A DNA stretch of 64,000 bases from an uncultured Nitrososphaeraceae archaeon (GCA_963825865.1 CAWGVG010000005.1:64001-128000), one strand, 5' to 3'. Positions 10,478 through 21,171 are shown, counted from the stretch's first letter. Numbers and translations: made by a program. The notes: a model not told the origin generated them from the letters alone.

Positions 10478-11186
10478 TTTCTGAAAGAAGTTTTAACCAT
10501 TGCTCACTCAAATAAAATATAATTTCCTGTTTTAGTTTCTGATCATTTATCCCCAATCCTTTTGCTTGCTTTTCAAAATTTGCAATTGTCTTTGACCATT
10601 TAGGTTCGATATCAAACCTTATCGCTTTGCCATTCATTTTAATTAAAATTGTGGAGCCTTCTTTTGCTATCTTGGAAATATTGTGTTTCTTCAACTTTGG
10701 TGGAATCTGAAAGAAGAAGCTTTGGTGCTGACCGTCATGCTGCTGTTCTTCTTCTTGCTGTTTTCTATCTGATTTAGATGATGACTTCCTTGATCTTTTT
10801 CCATTTCCATTATTGCCGTTGCCATTGAAAAATCCAGAGGTTTTATCTTCCCTTAGCAACAAGCATTCATTTCGAAAGTATGTAACCAAACTTCTGGCTA
10901 TACTATAATCTATCGATTCATCTGATGATAGTAATTTGTCTTCAAGTGATTTGACTGTCCTATCAAGGTCGGACTTGTAGAAATGGCAGTGCATAATTTT
11001 TGACCTATCTTCATGCCAGAGGGTCATCATTGTGGTATTGCTGCTGTTGTTGTTGTCGTTAAGTGGTAACATGAACTTGGTGAATCCAAATCCTTCTAAT
11101 GCAGGGTCGTTAATTTCAATATCCTTGGTAATATTATTCATGGCTAACTTACTTGAATCTTCACCGTTAGAATTTTGGAAATACAA
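10455..11186 (-). CDS. Hypothetical protein, possibly the N-terminal part of the helicase gene
   Basis: 243-aa ORF overlapping both neighbours by 23-43 nt. Confidence 0.5.
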   Translation of the reverse strand: MYFQNSNGEDSSKLAMNNITKDIEINDPALEGFGFTKFMLPLNDNNNSSNTTMMTLWHEDRSKIMHCHFYKSDLDRTVKSLEDKLLSSDESIDYSIARSLVTYFRNECLLLREDKTSGFFNGNGNNGNGKRSRKSSSKSDRKQQEEEQQHDGQHQSFFFQIPPKLKKHNISKIAKEGSTILIKMNGKAIRFDIEPKWSKTIANFEKQAKGLGINDQKLKQEIIFYLSEQWLKLLSENGNGHTL

Positions 11187-11476
11187 TTATGATAAATTTT
11201 AGAATTTACATCTTCTATTATTCGACCTACTGCCTGTCTTAAAATATATACACAATCGTCACGGTCAACTTGATATAATTCCCTAATTATTCTCGGACTT
11301 AGATCTTCAAGATCAATTACAAAAGGCGGGATAGGTTGGAATGCTGAGGCCTTGAGGTAATGATGTGCTCTGTGGTAATATTTTCTAATGTCAAATTGTT
11401 GCTGGTTTACACTGTTAGCGACGGGATCAATAACCTTGGCAAGGTGCTGCTTTAATTCGTCTATGAGAAATTCCAA
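11144..11476 (-). CDS. Hypothetical protein in the element operon
   Basis: 110-aa ORF, co-oriented, overlaps the next ORF. Confidence 0.45.
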   Translation of the reverse strand: MEFLIDELKQHLAKVIDPVANSVNQQQFDIRKYYHRAHHYLKASAFQPIPPFVIDLEDLSPRIIRELYQVDRDDCVYILRQAVGRIIEDVNSKIYHNCISKILTVKIQVS

Positions 11477-11542
11477 TGTCCAATCGTCAGCAGTGTTGTT
11501 GTTGTCTGCTCGCTGTTGATGATGTTGAAGGAGAAGCCATTA

Positions 11543-13016
11543 CTAAGCGGTACCTCCTCTATTGTCAGTTCTAGTTGAGTTAAAAAGATCATTTTCCCAA
11601 CCAAGATAGAATGCCTCAGTTATCTTACGATACATGCTCTGTCTTATTGTCAATCCATCCTCTGAGCCCTCAGGAACAGAATCAGGATCTATATCGTCAC
11701 ATTCTAAATCGGGCTCATCAGGACAATTTTCGTAGTAAATATCCTCATCCCAGAGTCGGTCGACTGAGTCTTGCACTATCTTTTCAAATACGCCTAACAG
11801 GCGTTTATTTATCAGCATGGAATTGAGTTCGCAAGCAAATATTCTATCGTGTTTTTCAACAAACCTGTCATACCTGATGGAGTCATTTTCTTTCAGCCAC
11901 TCAATCTTTTCTGCTGAATAATCCTTCTCTAGAAGATGGTATTTCTTTATCTGCTCGTCGGTGATAGCAATTCTTTCGAATGATACCAGATCAGAGATTC
12001 CGAACAAATCTAACCATTCCTGGATTTGTCTATCCATATCCTCACCATACAGGTCGAGGTCACCAAAATAGCGAACATAGATTTCCTTGTCTGGATGGTC
12101 ATCTGCAAACTCCTTCAGCCTTACACAATTCAGGTAAGCAAAAGTCAGGCTGCTGAACCCATGATTCAGTATTATCCTAACGTTTCTGCCGTCCAGGACC
12201 TTTCTGAATTTCTTACCGAGTCCAGCCTCCTCAATCCACACTTCGACGTATTTGGGTTGCGCATACCATTTACCAGGTGGACTGCCTTCTTCACCTGGAA
12301 TACATTTACCGTCATAACGTGAAGGCGCATATTTAACATCCTCAATTGCATTGTCGATATATTCATCAGGATCTTGAGGATTTTCTGGTTCTGTAGGATC
12401 TTCAGGTCCAGAATCATCATAATCATCCAATACTTCCCTACCACTTCTGTTATCTTCAAAACAATCAATAGGTAATTGCGGATAATGTTCCCAGCCAGGC
12501 GGGCAATATATTGAGTTCTCTAGCACGGACCGTGTATTTAATCAGGCTCTTGTAATCTTTAGTTTTGTCCAGCAGCTTCAGTGAGTCGAGCCGATATAGC
12601 AAAGTTCTAATCATCGGCTTAAATCCCTCTGAGTCGTAGAATGGTAAGTCTACATCTCGTATGTGTTTGATAATCTTAAACCATTTGCCATTCTCTATAT
12701 GATTGCGCCATTTTGGATTATCTACCATACTCATGATGCTATTGTCTAGAACGCCGTTGCGTGGGTCCTTTGCTAACCGTTTTAGATATCGACGTACGGT
12801 AGTAGGTGGAATACCTGTTACCCTGCTAATTTCGCGTGCGGATTTTCCTGCCCTATTCATTTCCAGTATTATCTTCAGATAATCTTGATAGCGGCTTCCC
12901 TTTAGTGGTGGCGGCGCAGGTGGCGGTGCTACAGGTGGCTCACCTTCTGTTGCTGGTGGTGCTGGTGTTGTTGTTGTTGTTGGTAAATCGATATCATCGG
13001 CAGAAGAATTGTCCAT
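11543..13016 (-). CDS. HTH plus Spo11/Topo VI-A-like (5Y-CAP + TOPRIM) protein, one frameshift near 12500
   Basis: HTH SAREISRVTGIPPTTVRRYL; PMIRTLLYRL...YKSL..RARE; VEVWIEE, HGFSS, YFGDLDLYG, FERIAIT.EQI..Y.L, CELNS. Confidence 0.7.
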
Positions 13017-13018
13017 TA

Positions 13019-13312
13019 TCAGGCTGCCACCTCTAGATTATCCTGTTTTGTTTTGTGCTTGTGTTCTCGACCAGTGAAATAATCTCGAATTATCCATCTT
13101 GCTACGTCGTTTGTACCATCTGAGCGTACTCTACCGAGAACCTTTTCAAATGTTATAGCCCCGTGTGGCCATCCATTAGATCTGCAAATCCTGTAATTTT
13201 TTAATTGCCAGTTATTCAGATCCCCCGAGGCAGCACCGAATTGCTCTATTATCTGGTGCAAAACCTTATGAGTAGGATCAGAATTACTATTTCTTGTAAT
13301 CATGATCAGCAA
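13019..13312 (-). CDS. Hypothetical protein
   Basis: 97-aa ORF tightly packed in the operon. Confidence 0.5.
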   Translation of the reverse strand: MLIMITRNSNSDPTHKVLHQIIEQFGAASGDLNNWQLKNYRICRSNGWPHGAITFEKVLGRVRSDGTNDVARWIIRDYFTGREHKHKTKQDNLEVAA

Positions 13313-13634
13313 CTCCTGCTTGGTATGATTGCGTCTTCAAAACCTGGTTCTGGTGTGGGGTGGTATCCGCACCGCTTTTTACAATAACGTTATCAACAGT
13401 TAGGAAAAGGTGGTTATCTCTATGGCGGATCTTGTCTGCTTGGATTGGAGGTTGATTTGGCGGCCTCTCAACCTTTTGTTGATGTCTAGCGTCTCTGCAT
13501 TCAATGATTATTGATTCCGAAATAGTATCTGTATAGAATATTGGACACGGATCACACAGGCACTTTGTGATTATGATATACCGTTGTTGTTTTGGATTGC
13601 TTTTAATAGCTAGATTGCGGGTATCTTTATTCAC
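13287..13634 (-). CDS. Hypothetical protein with Cys motif
   Basis: KCLCDPCP...IECRDARH. Confidence 0.5.
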   Translation of the reverse strand: MNKDTRNLAIKSNPKQQRYIIITKCLCDPCPIFYTDTISESIIIECRDARHQQKVERPPNQPPIQADKIRHRDNHLFLTVDNVIVKSGADTTPHQNQVLKTQSYQAGVADHDYKK

Positions 13635-13679
13635 CGATTCTATCGGAATGGGGGTTATTGCTGCCTTGGGGGTCCAATC

Positions 13680-13850
13680 CTAGACAGCACCTCCATTATT
13701 TTTATTCTTCGGATTGACACTTAATGATGTCCTGCAGTGTGGACATGAACACACAAATTGGTTTCTGCCTGTATAAAGCCAGACATGTCCACACCTTCTA
13801 CATATCATTTCTCTTGCTTCTTTTTTTATGGTAACAATTTTTGTTGACAT
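13680..13850 (-). CDS. Small zinc-ribbon protein, 56 aa (not in ORF track)
   Basis: MSTKIVTIKKEAREMICRRCGHVWLYTGRNQFVCSCPHCRTSL... Confidence 0.7.
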   Translation of the reverse strand: MSTKIVTIKKEAREMICRRCGHVWLYTGRNQFVCSCPHCRTSLSVNPKNKNNGGAV

Positions 13851-14050
13851 GTTGTCTGTCAGTAGGCTAATAAGAGGTTGGTATTAGCTAACTATCATTA
13901 GATACCTACAAAGATGTAGACTGAGATGGAGATGGAAGAATAGAGACAAGAGCAAGAAGGGTACTTTGCCCTGTCTGTGGTGAATACGGCTTTTTAACTA
14001 AAAGGTGGGTAGAAAGTAGCTACTATCCTAGGTTTGTTAGTTATGATATT

Positions 14051-14506
14051 ATGATGATGGAAGAATATGCCAGAGGTTTAGAGAAACATCCAAATAATGT
14101 TGAATTAAAGAGGTCATATCAAGTCTGGAAGCAAACGATTAGAGGAAATGTATATCGTGGTGAATCCAAAAAATGTGTTGCGGACCTATCTCCAATAGTA
14201 GAACAAGATAAGGAAACGCTCTATAGGGTCACATATGGTAGATATAATCATTATTATATTGGCCATTATAGTTCTGAAAAATATCAACTACAGATGCAAG
14301 ATTACAAAATGCATAAGAGAAAGTCAAGGCCCAACGGAAGAAAGTGGTGTCATCTTCAGTCAGATAGTTGTCATTTGTATCCGAATCAGCCTTCAAGAAG
14401 AGAATTTTATCTTGATTCATTACCGAAGGGCTGTTTGATTGCATACTGTGACATAATAAAACACAGAATAAAGAAAGGTGACTATTGGTCACCCACTATC
14501 GATTAG
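14051..14506 (+). CDS. Hypothetical basic protein
   Basis: 151-aa ORF divergent from the element operon, convergent with the integrase. Confidence 0.55.
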   Translation: MMMEEYARGLEKHPNNVELKRSYQVWKQTIRGNVYRGESKKCVADLSPIVEQDKETLYRVTYGRYNHYYIGHYSSEKYQLQMQDYKMHKRKSRPNGRKWCHLQSDSCHLYPNQPSRREFYLDSLPKGCLIAYCDIIKHRIKKGDYWSPTID

Positions 14507-14580
14507 TTCTTTCTTCACCGACAACAGGTTTTAGAATCCCAGACGAAAACAATGATTGTGTTACGTTATTGAGTTGCTGC

Positions 14581-15882
14581 CTAATCTGTCGTCTTTGACA
14601 AACCTGCAATTAATTTCTCAAACATTGACTGCATACTGTTAAATCTTTCCTCCATTGCTCTAAATTTGATATCTTCAGCAGCCTTGATTTCATCAAAAGC
14701 AGATGGAACTAATGGATAACTACATTTAGAGCAATATTTGTTTTCTATTGCATTGACTAAACTACACCTAGGACAGTTCAGAACTGATGGTCTTTTCTCT
14801 ATCTGTTGTTCTGAAATAATACCATTCTCAACGAGTATCTTTTGCTTTAAATCATTTCCCATTCTTCTTTTAATATATCTAGCACCCTGTTTTGAATTCA
14901 TAGACCATCTGACCTTCTTCTTTAAAGCATACTCCGGAAGATAATCAGAATCGGCAGTAATTGCAGAATGCCTAATACAATACGGATTCCACTTCTTGGT
15001 TTTTAACAAATAATCAATTTTTTCCCTTTCATTTGTATCTTTTACTTCACCATTTTGCAATAGCCTAGTCATCCTCTTCCTTAATTCTTTCATCATATTC
15101 CACAATGCTTTCGGCTTTAATGGGGAACCGTTACGCAAGTTACAGATCAGTTTAGCGTTCGGTTCGTTTCTGAAAGGATGCTGATTCAGCCAGTCTCTCA
15201 CATAGGGAAACGAACATGTTAACAATACAGGACCTGCGCCTGTCTTTGCCTCATGGGGGATTTCTCCTTCTCCATACTTTTCCCTCAACCGGATATGTTT
15301 AATTTTCAGTAAGGTGATTTCATGCGGCCGTGCATCCAGATCCCACATTAAAGTTAATATCGCTTTATTTCTTGCGTAAGGTTCGTATTTAATCAGAGTT
15401 AATAGTTCGTCTCGCTCCCATAGTTCCGTTTCAGCATATGGACTAATGCGTTTAGTAGCTTTTTGCTTGATTTTAACAAAATCTGGAGTGCTCCACTCGC
15501 GTTCTGATAAGATCTCAGGTATATATACTTCAGAATGTGAGTATTTCTGCTTATGAGCATTATGTAACCACCTAAAAAAGAGTCTTATTCTATTTAGATA
15601 ATGATTCCACGTGGTAATCCATTTTTTATCTGGATCGTGTTGATCATCCTTGATCTTTGTATTTAGAAAAGATGTAATTTGGTCTTTCATGGTTATTTCG
15701 TAAAATCCTTCGGGTCCAAGGAATCGAGTAAAGTCGATAATTACCTTGAGATTATTAATTTGATGATTTTCCGAAGAACCCTTGTCTCGCATATATCTAT
15801 AGAAATCCATAATTATCGATGCATTGTTCCTATTGTGAAGAGAATCAACTTTACCTACCAGCGTAGAAAGTTTTATTGACAT
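14581..15882 (-). CDS. Tyrosine integrase/recombinase with C-terminal zinc ribbon
   Basis: DARPHEI (Arg), AKTG (Lys), NPYCIRHS, RWS, GARYI (Tyr); CPRC..CSKC; tail QQLNNVTQSLFSSGILK continues in another frame to ~14497. Confidence 0.9.
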   Translation of the reverse strand: MSIKLSTLVGKVDSLHNRNNASIIMDFYRYMRDKGSSENHQINNLKVIIDFTRFLGPEGFYEITMKDQITSFLNTKIKDDQHDPDKKWITTWNHYLNRIRLFFRWLHNAHKQKYSHSEVYIPEILSEREWSTPDFVKIKQKATKRISPYAETELWERDELLTLIKYEPYARNKAILTLMWDLDARPHEITLLKIKHIRLREKYGEGEIPHEAKTGAGPVLLTCSFPYVRDWLNQHPFRNEPNAKLICNLRNGSPLKPKALWNMMKELRKRMTRLLQNGEVKDTNEREKIDYLLKTKKWNPYCIRHSAITADSDYLPEYALKKKVRWSMNSKQGARYIKRRMGNDLKQKILVENGIISEQQIEKRPSVLNCPRCSLVNAIENKYCSKCSYPLVPSAFDEIKAAEDIKFRAMEERFNSMQSMFEKLIAGLSKTTD

Positions 15883-16036
15883 TGCTCTTCCTTCGTTTCT
15901 CCTTTTTAAATCCAACTACGTTCCCGTGTAGCATCTGTATCTACAATCCCATCTTTTCTCAATATATGTTTACGAGCTTCTAGTTGCAAGACACCTATTA
16001 TAATTAAAGTTTCAGTATATGAATTCGTATACATAG

Positions 16037-16165
16037 TGCGGTCACCGGGATTTGAATTCCCGCTCAATCCCTTATATGGGATAGAGTCCCGGGTTACGGG
16101 CTGACCCCGCATTATATGTAAATGCATGGAAGGCCAGTGTCCTTACCAAACTAGACGATGACCGC
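16037..16165 (-). tRNA. tRNA-Gly(TCC) with introns at 37/38 (24 nt) and ~53/54 (31 nt)
   Basis: GCGGTCA/TGACCGC acceptor stem; CT-TCC-A anticodon; BHB motifs at both junctions; 74 nt after splicing. Confidence 0.92.
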
Positions 16166-16235
16166 TGTCTACATACTAGCCGAGCATGAGATGGATATTA
16201 AATCTTAGCGATCTAATACGGAAATGAAGGAATAA

Positions 16236-16802
16236 TTATTTTTCTTCAGGGAAGATGTAGTTGAGCAGCATATCGATTGCCTTATCTTTTGCCTTTCTTT
16301 TGTAGTATTCTATGCTCTTTTTTGGAATGTCCAATGCCTTTTCTTTCTCAACTTCATCGACAGGTCGATGATCTAAAGCACCTTCAAATTGAACTCTATA
16401 TCCCTTTAACTTAGATGCTACCACAGAATCGTAAACATCCCTAAGCCAAACAGAACCGATAAAGTAAATATAAGGTGGATTAATATTGGGTTTAATAGCA
16501 TCTACTACATGGTCAAATGTCTGTTCCACATTTTCTGAAATATAGTCTATCGCAATTAATTTTTTTTCAATTCCTCCATTTACCAAATGTTTCCTTATGT
16601 TTTCAGCGGATTTTTCATTTGCAACAACTACGATCGCGGTTTTATGCTTATCAGGTTTTGACTGCATAATAATTCTAAAAGCATCCATACATACCTTTAC
16701 TCGCTCCTTTATATAATCAGGTAACATTCCATCCATTGATTTTCCTGTGTGTATAGCATAAAGTATGATCAGATTTCCGTCCGTAAAGTGGTATTCAGAC
16801 AT
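16236..16802 (-). CDS. Conserved hypothetical protein (weakly YdcF/DUF218-like)
   Basis: 188-aa alpha/beta pattern. Confidence 0.6.
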   Translation of the reverse strand: MSEYHFTDGNLIILYAIHTGKSMDGMLPDYIKERVKVCMDAFRIIMQSKPDKHKTAIVVVANEKSAENIRKHLVNGGIEKKLIAIDYISENVEQTFDHVVDAIKPNINPPYIYFIGSVWLRDVYDSVVASKLKGYRVQFEGALDHRPVDEVEKEKALDIPKKSIEYYKRKAKDKAIDMLLNYIFPEEK

Positions 16803-16967
16803 AAATGTCCATGGTAGATCATCACAGGTTCACATATATAGATTCACTGAAGATAAAATATTGTTTCTGTCTGTGGATTACCGGAAAATAATAATGAGTG
16901 GTTTTAACTCGAAGCTATTTGCAAATCATAGATTATAGGAGGAATGCGATATTTAAGGGAAGATAGA

Positions 16968-17303
16968 CTACCAAGATGTCACTTTTTTTGGAGCAGATAA
17001 TAGTCTTTCCAGTTCATCTAATCTCTGTACATTCTCTGGATTGATACGCAACTCTGAGAAAGATTTGTCAAGCCTAATTTTATGCATGACTGCCAAAACT
17101 TCTTCTATACTTACACCATGTTTTATATCGTATTCTATCTGTTTGGCGCAACTTGAGATGGTACTATACTTTTTAAAATTACGTTTTTCGAATGCCGACG
17201 CATCAGGAGAAATACCTTTTATATAACGGATAATAACTTTTTCAACATGTTCTAAATGCCAATCCTTCATTGCAAAATTATTGGATTTCATAAATACTCT
17301 CAA
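16968..17303 (-). CDS. Hypothetical protein
   Basis: 111-aa ORF containing MKDWHLEHVEKVI. Confidence 0.65.
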   Translation of the reverse strand: MRVFMKSNNFAMKDWHLEHVEKVIIRYIKGISPDASAFEKRNFKKYSTISSCAKQIEYDIKHGVSIEEVLAVMHKIRLDKSFSELRINPENVQRLDELERLLSAPKKVTSW

Positions 17304-17900
17304 CTTCCTTTACAAAAAATGGATATTTAAATTGATATATGCAAAGGATATGTTATCGAAAAAGATGCATAAGGGTTTCAATTCAAGACTGCAAGCATTA
17401 TATGTAATATTCTCATAGTATTTTTAAATCAATGATATTTTACGCCGCAGATGAGATATGGCTTTGTTATAAAAAATGCAATGGCATTGATCTTCAAAGC
17501 CGATAAGAGTAAATCATTGGAACATACAGATAAACATGCATATCTATCTAAATATGCTTTATCTCTGTCGGTGTGTATGGAACTCAAGTAAATATTATAT
17601 CCCGAATCAGTTTGAAATATTTTAAAAAAGTGCAAACTATTGATGAACGTTAAGATTATAATAAACTCAATATTTTATTTGAAAAATAGTCTGAATTAAG
17701 AATTTGTCGTAAAACCTTTAACAAATTATATAAAATACAATCAGTATAATAGTTTGCATAAGAGTCAAAATGCAAAAACGATGTAACTAACGTAGCAGGT
17801 GATCGTTCTTTACCTCTAAATAATAAAAAATTAAATTTTCAGTCTTTAAGTAAATAAAATAATATAGAAATCATTTTACTACTCTCATCGCTAATAATAA

Positions 17901-18386
17901 TTATCCTCGTATTGCCTGCCCAAAGTTTATTTTCACTTTGAGTTCATTTGAAATCGGCATTGTCTTGTCGGCATTCGTAAATTGCACAACTGCTGTTACA
18001 TTTTGTACCTTGTTCTCCAAATTGGTTGCAAGCGTCTCTGTACCAGAGCTATTAGCAGTAAACCCTCCTTTAAATGAAGATGTTTTTATCAAAGTTCCAT
18101 TAAGAATATATACTCTCATCAAAGCATTTACGGTTTGATTTACAATTGAAGGGTCAGAAACAGTATAATTTACACGTACTTTGATCTGGTGTGTCTGGTT
18201 GGAAGTTGTAGAGGCGAAATGAGCATTATCTAAGGTCAGGAAAACTTGATTTGCTGGGGGATCCGCAGATATATTATGCAATAATGCTGATGGCAATATA
18301 GTTAGATCTAATATTGCAAATGTCATTGCCATTGTAAACAAAAGAATTGTTCGGAAAAACAAAGTGCTTTCCTTAATTTTGTTCAT
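17901..18386 (-). CDS. Secreted beta-rich hypothetical protein
   Basis: Signal peptide; many N-x-S/T sequons. Confidence 0.7.
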   Translation of the reverse strand: MNKIKESTLFFRTILLFTMAMTFAILDLTILPSALLHNISADPPANQVFLTLDNAHFASTTSNQTHQIKVRVNYTVSDPSIVNQTVNALMRVYILNGTLIKTSSFKGGFTANSSGTETLATNLENKVQNVTAVVQFTNADKTMPISNELKVKINFGQAIRG

Positions 18387-18682
18387 TACAACATTTCATC
18401 TCCCCAATAGCATAAAGACAATACAATTTGAGTGTTTTGACAATTTTATAAAAGAAGGTTAGAGGTCATAGTATAACGTCAGTTAATATATATATATATA
18501 TATATATATATTCACAATTAGGAAGAAGAAAAAGCGGAGGAAAATAGAATAGATTTATGAATCCATAATACATCGGTCATTAGACAGATAAACATCTACG
18601 AACTAAAAACGGGATTTGCTCTTCAACTCTCATATTCAAAAGTACAATTAGGGCGAAATGCATAGTAAATATGGAGTAATTC

Positions 18683-19733
18683 TGCATTGGTGCATAATTC
18701 GACCATACTATGTGACATCGGTTTCACAATCTATTTTTTTCTACAACGAACATAGTGTATAACGATGCTTTTAGCATCATTTCCTTGACTATGTTTGGAA
18801 ATTTCTTTGCAGATACATATACTCTACAAACATCCTTTTCAAGTAAGAGAAAATGCTGTTTCAGCAGCCGTCCATCGAGATCCACATCTAACTTTAGCCT
18901 TCCATTTTTCAAAATTCTTTTGCTACTGCCTGCTGATGCTGCAGTACGACTATTTTTTTCGTGGATGGCAACAAACTATTGATCTATCATATGTAGAGTT
19001 TTTTCCTTACCTTGATTGAAGCTTCAATATCGTTATCGGAAAGATATTGAAAATTCTCTTTACTATCATCATATGCTCCATCTGCAATTACTCTTTTCAG
19101 AGTATTATTATTTTCTGAAGCATTATCTATCATTTTTTTTCTTTAACCTACTACCGTCATCTACCTCTTCGCTTGTAACATCGAGTGAAACAATTTTCTT
19201 TTTCCTGATATCTATAGCTACTACATGTATTTTCAGGTAACCTTTTTTTCTTACATTCCATTTATGAGGCAGCCACTCTCCTCTGTTAGTTACCTTTATT
19301 CCAGCACTATCTAATACTATGACAATATCATTTCTCTATTCTTTCATTAATTTTGATATCCAGTTGGTTTACTCGTCTGTTTATTGTACTGTAATCTGGA
19401 ATGGATGATGGTGCTATCTCACCTGCATGTGCTCTTACTACATCTAATCTGTCTATAAGGTAGGTAGATGAAAGTATACTCGCATATAACCAACTAATTG
19501 AACGAATGAATCGGGGTATCATTATGATGCACCTTCTTTACTATCATATCCATCCTATTTAGCTCACTATTCCAATTGTCAATGACATCAAAATCGAGTA
19601 TACTATTTCACCACCTCTTGCCAGTGATTCGTTATAGATACACCAGTTAACCACTAGACAACACCATAGTATGTAAGCTAAATGCGAATAGGTCAAACGA
19701 TATCAACAGAACAGCAAGTTATGCAACAATGAA
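18683..19733 (-). mobile_element. Decayed IS5-family (IS903-like) element
   Basis: Transposase fragments NWCIYNESLARGGEI, PDYSTINRRV, LDSAGIKVTNRGEWL; imperfect TIR CATTG(G/T)TGCATAA; 9-bp target duplication GAGTAATTC at 18674 and 19734. Confidence 0.85.
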
Positions 19734-20204
19734 GAGTAATTCCATCGCTATCCACACGGGATGATTACTAGGCAACTGCAGTTTAGATTGCTTTTATTCA
19801 TGAACATAACAGTATAAGACATAGATTTAACAAGTACACAACGGCTAATGCGACTAAACGAAGTATCCATGGCAGATAGCACTATCAGTTATTAGTGTCT
19901 GTTGTTTTTTTGTCAGTCTTATATGTGCACATTACCAGCTCATACTCCGGTACAGCAGTGTAATACCAATCATCCTTTTTTTATTTATTGTCTATTTTAT
20001 CATATTTATATACAAAGAATTAATATGTTGAGCTAATCAATCGCATAGTTGTTGGATTCAAGGAAAAGTACATGGACTTTTCGAAGAATAACGGGGCCAT
20101 TTCGTAACTCACTATTAGAAATCTAATATGTTTTCTACTGTAAAAATAAAACAGAATCAAATTATAAACCCTGATACTCTAATGGAATAAAGGTATATAT
20201 TAAA

Positions 20205-21171
20205 ATGGATTATATCGAAGGACATCTAGAATCAATAAGCAATAATGGCTTGTTGTGGATAGATATCCAAAAACCTACTCGCGATAAGATGATTATGCTT
20301 GCACAGAAGTATACCTTACATGAACTAAATGTTGAAGACTGTCTATCCAAGATTCAACTCCCTAAAATAGACAGACACGAGGACTATGTATTCATTATAC
20401 TTCATTTTCCTACTATAGAGAAAGACAAAAGCTTAGCTAGATTCAGCCAATTATCAATATTTGTAGGAATGAACTATCTAGTAACAGTGCATCAAGGAGA
20501 TCTTAAACCCATAATGGAGATGTTTCAGCTCTGTAAGCAAACTGATAAACAACGCCAAGCTGTTATGGGCAAGTCCCCTGGTTACTTACTCCATAGCATC
20601 ATCGATGTATTGGTAGACGATCTTCTACACATATTAATGAAAGTAGTAGGTAACCTTGACGATATAGAGGATTCAGTATTTGATGATAGAAAATCAGACG
20701 CCAAGACAATTTCTCTTTTAAGAAGAGAGATAACAACCCTTCGACGTATCGTTATTCCACTTAGAAGAACAGTATTGGAGATGACCAAAGACATACAGAA
20801 GTTCTCTGAAGAAGACCTTCGGCCATATTTTGCTGATGTAGAGGACCATATTGAAAAGATTTTGGAAACATTGGAAGAATCAAAAGAGACTATAGAAATC
20901 TACAAGGATACAGACTTTATGCTCAGTACCTGAAAAATCTAATAAAATTCTTGCAGTTCTCACAATCCTCTTCACTCTTTCTATTCCAGCTACAACAATA
21001 GCTACCATCTATGGAATGAATATTGAATTGCCGGGGTCTATTGGTCATCCTTGGACATTCCTCGGTCAGTATACGACCTTGATCTTGGTATTGCTAGCAT
21101 CCATAATATTAGCTTTATTGATAATCGGGTACTTTCGTCGTCTTGGATGGATTTCTCGACCTGTCTCGTAG
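20205..21171 (+). CDS. corA: CorA-family Mg2+/Co2+ transporter (frameshift near 20930)
   Basis: LWIDI..P, QLPKID; second frame has two TMs and IYGMN. Confidence 0.9.

Larger units (their letters stand above)
1..16036. mobile_element. Putative integrated mobile element at tRNA-Gly (left boundary not visible, probably outside the window)
   Basis: Tyrosine integrase ~150 bp from the tRNA 3' end; replication-like module (helicase, iterons, TOPRIM protein), small DNA-binding genes and accessory cargo; no core genes; no second att copy found by eye. Confidence 0.7.

Noticed and set aside
11543-13016. Wadjet (JetABCD) defence system
   Set aside because: A TOPRIM is present but no SMC, kleisin or KITE genes are nearby
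15906-16127. 73-aa ORF
   Set aside because: Overlaps tRNA-Gly; spurious
18487-18511. (TA)n microsatellites (also ~25482, ~51220, ~63893) and (AAT)n runs
   Set aside because: Low-complexity slippage tracts with no evident function
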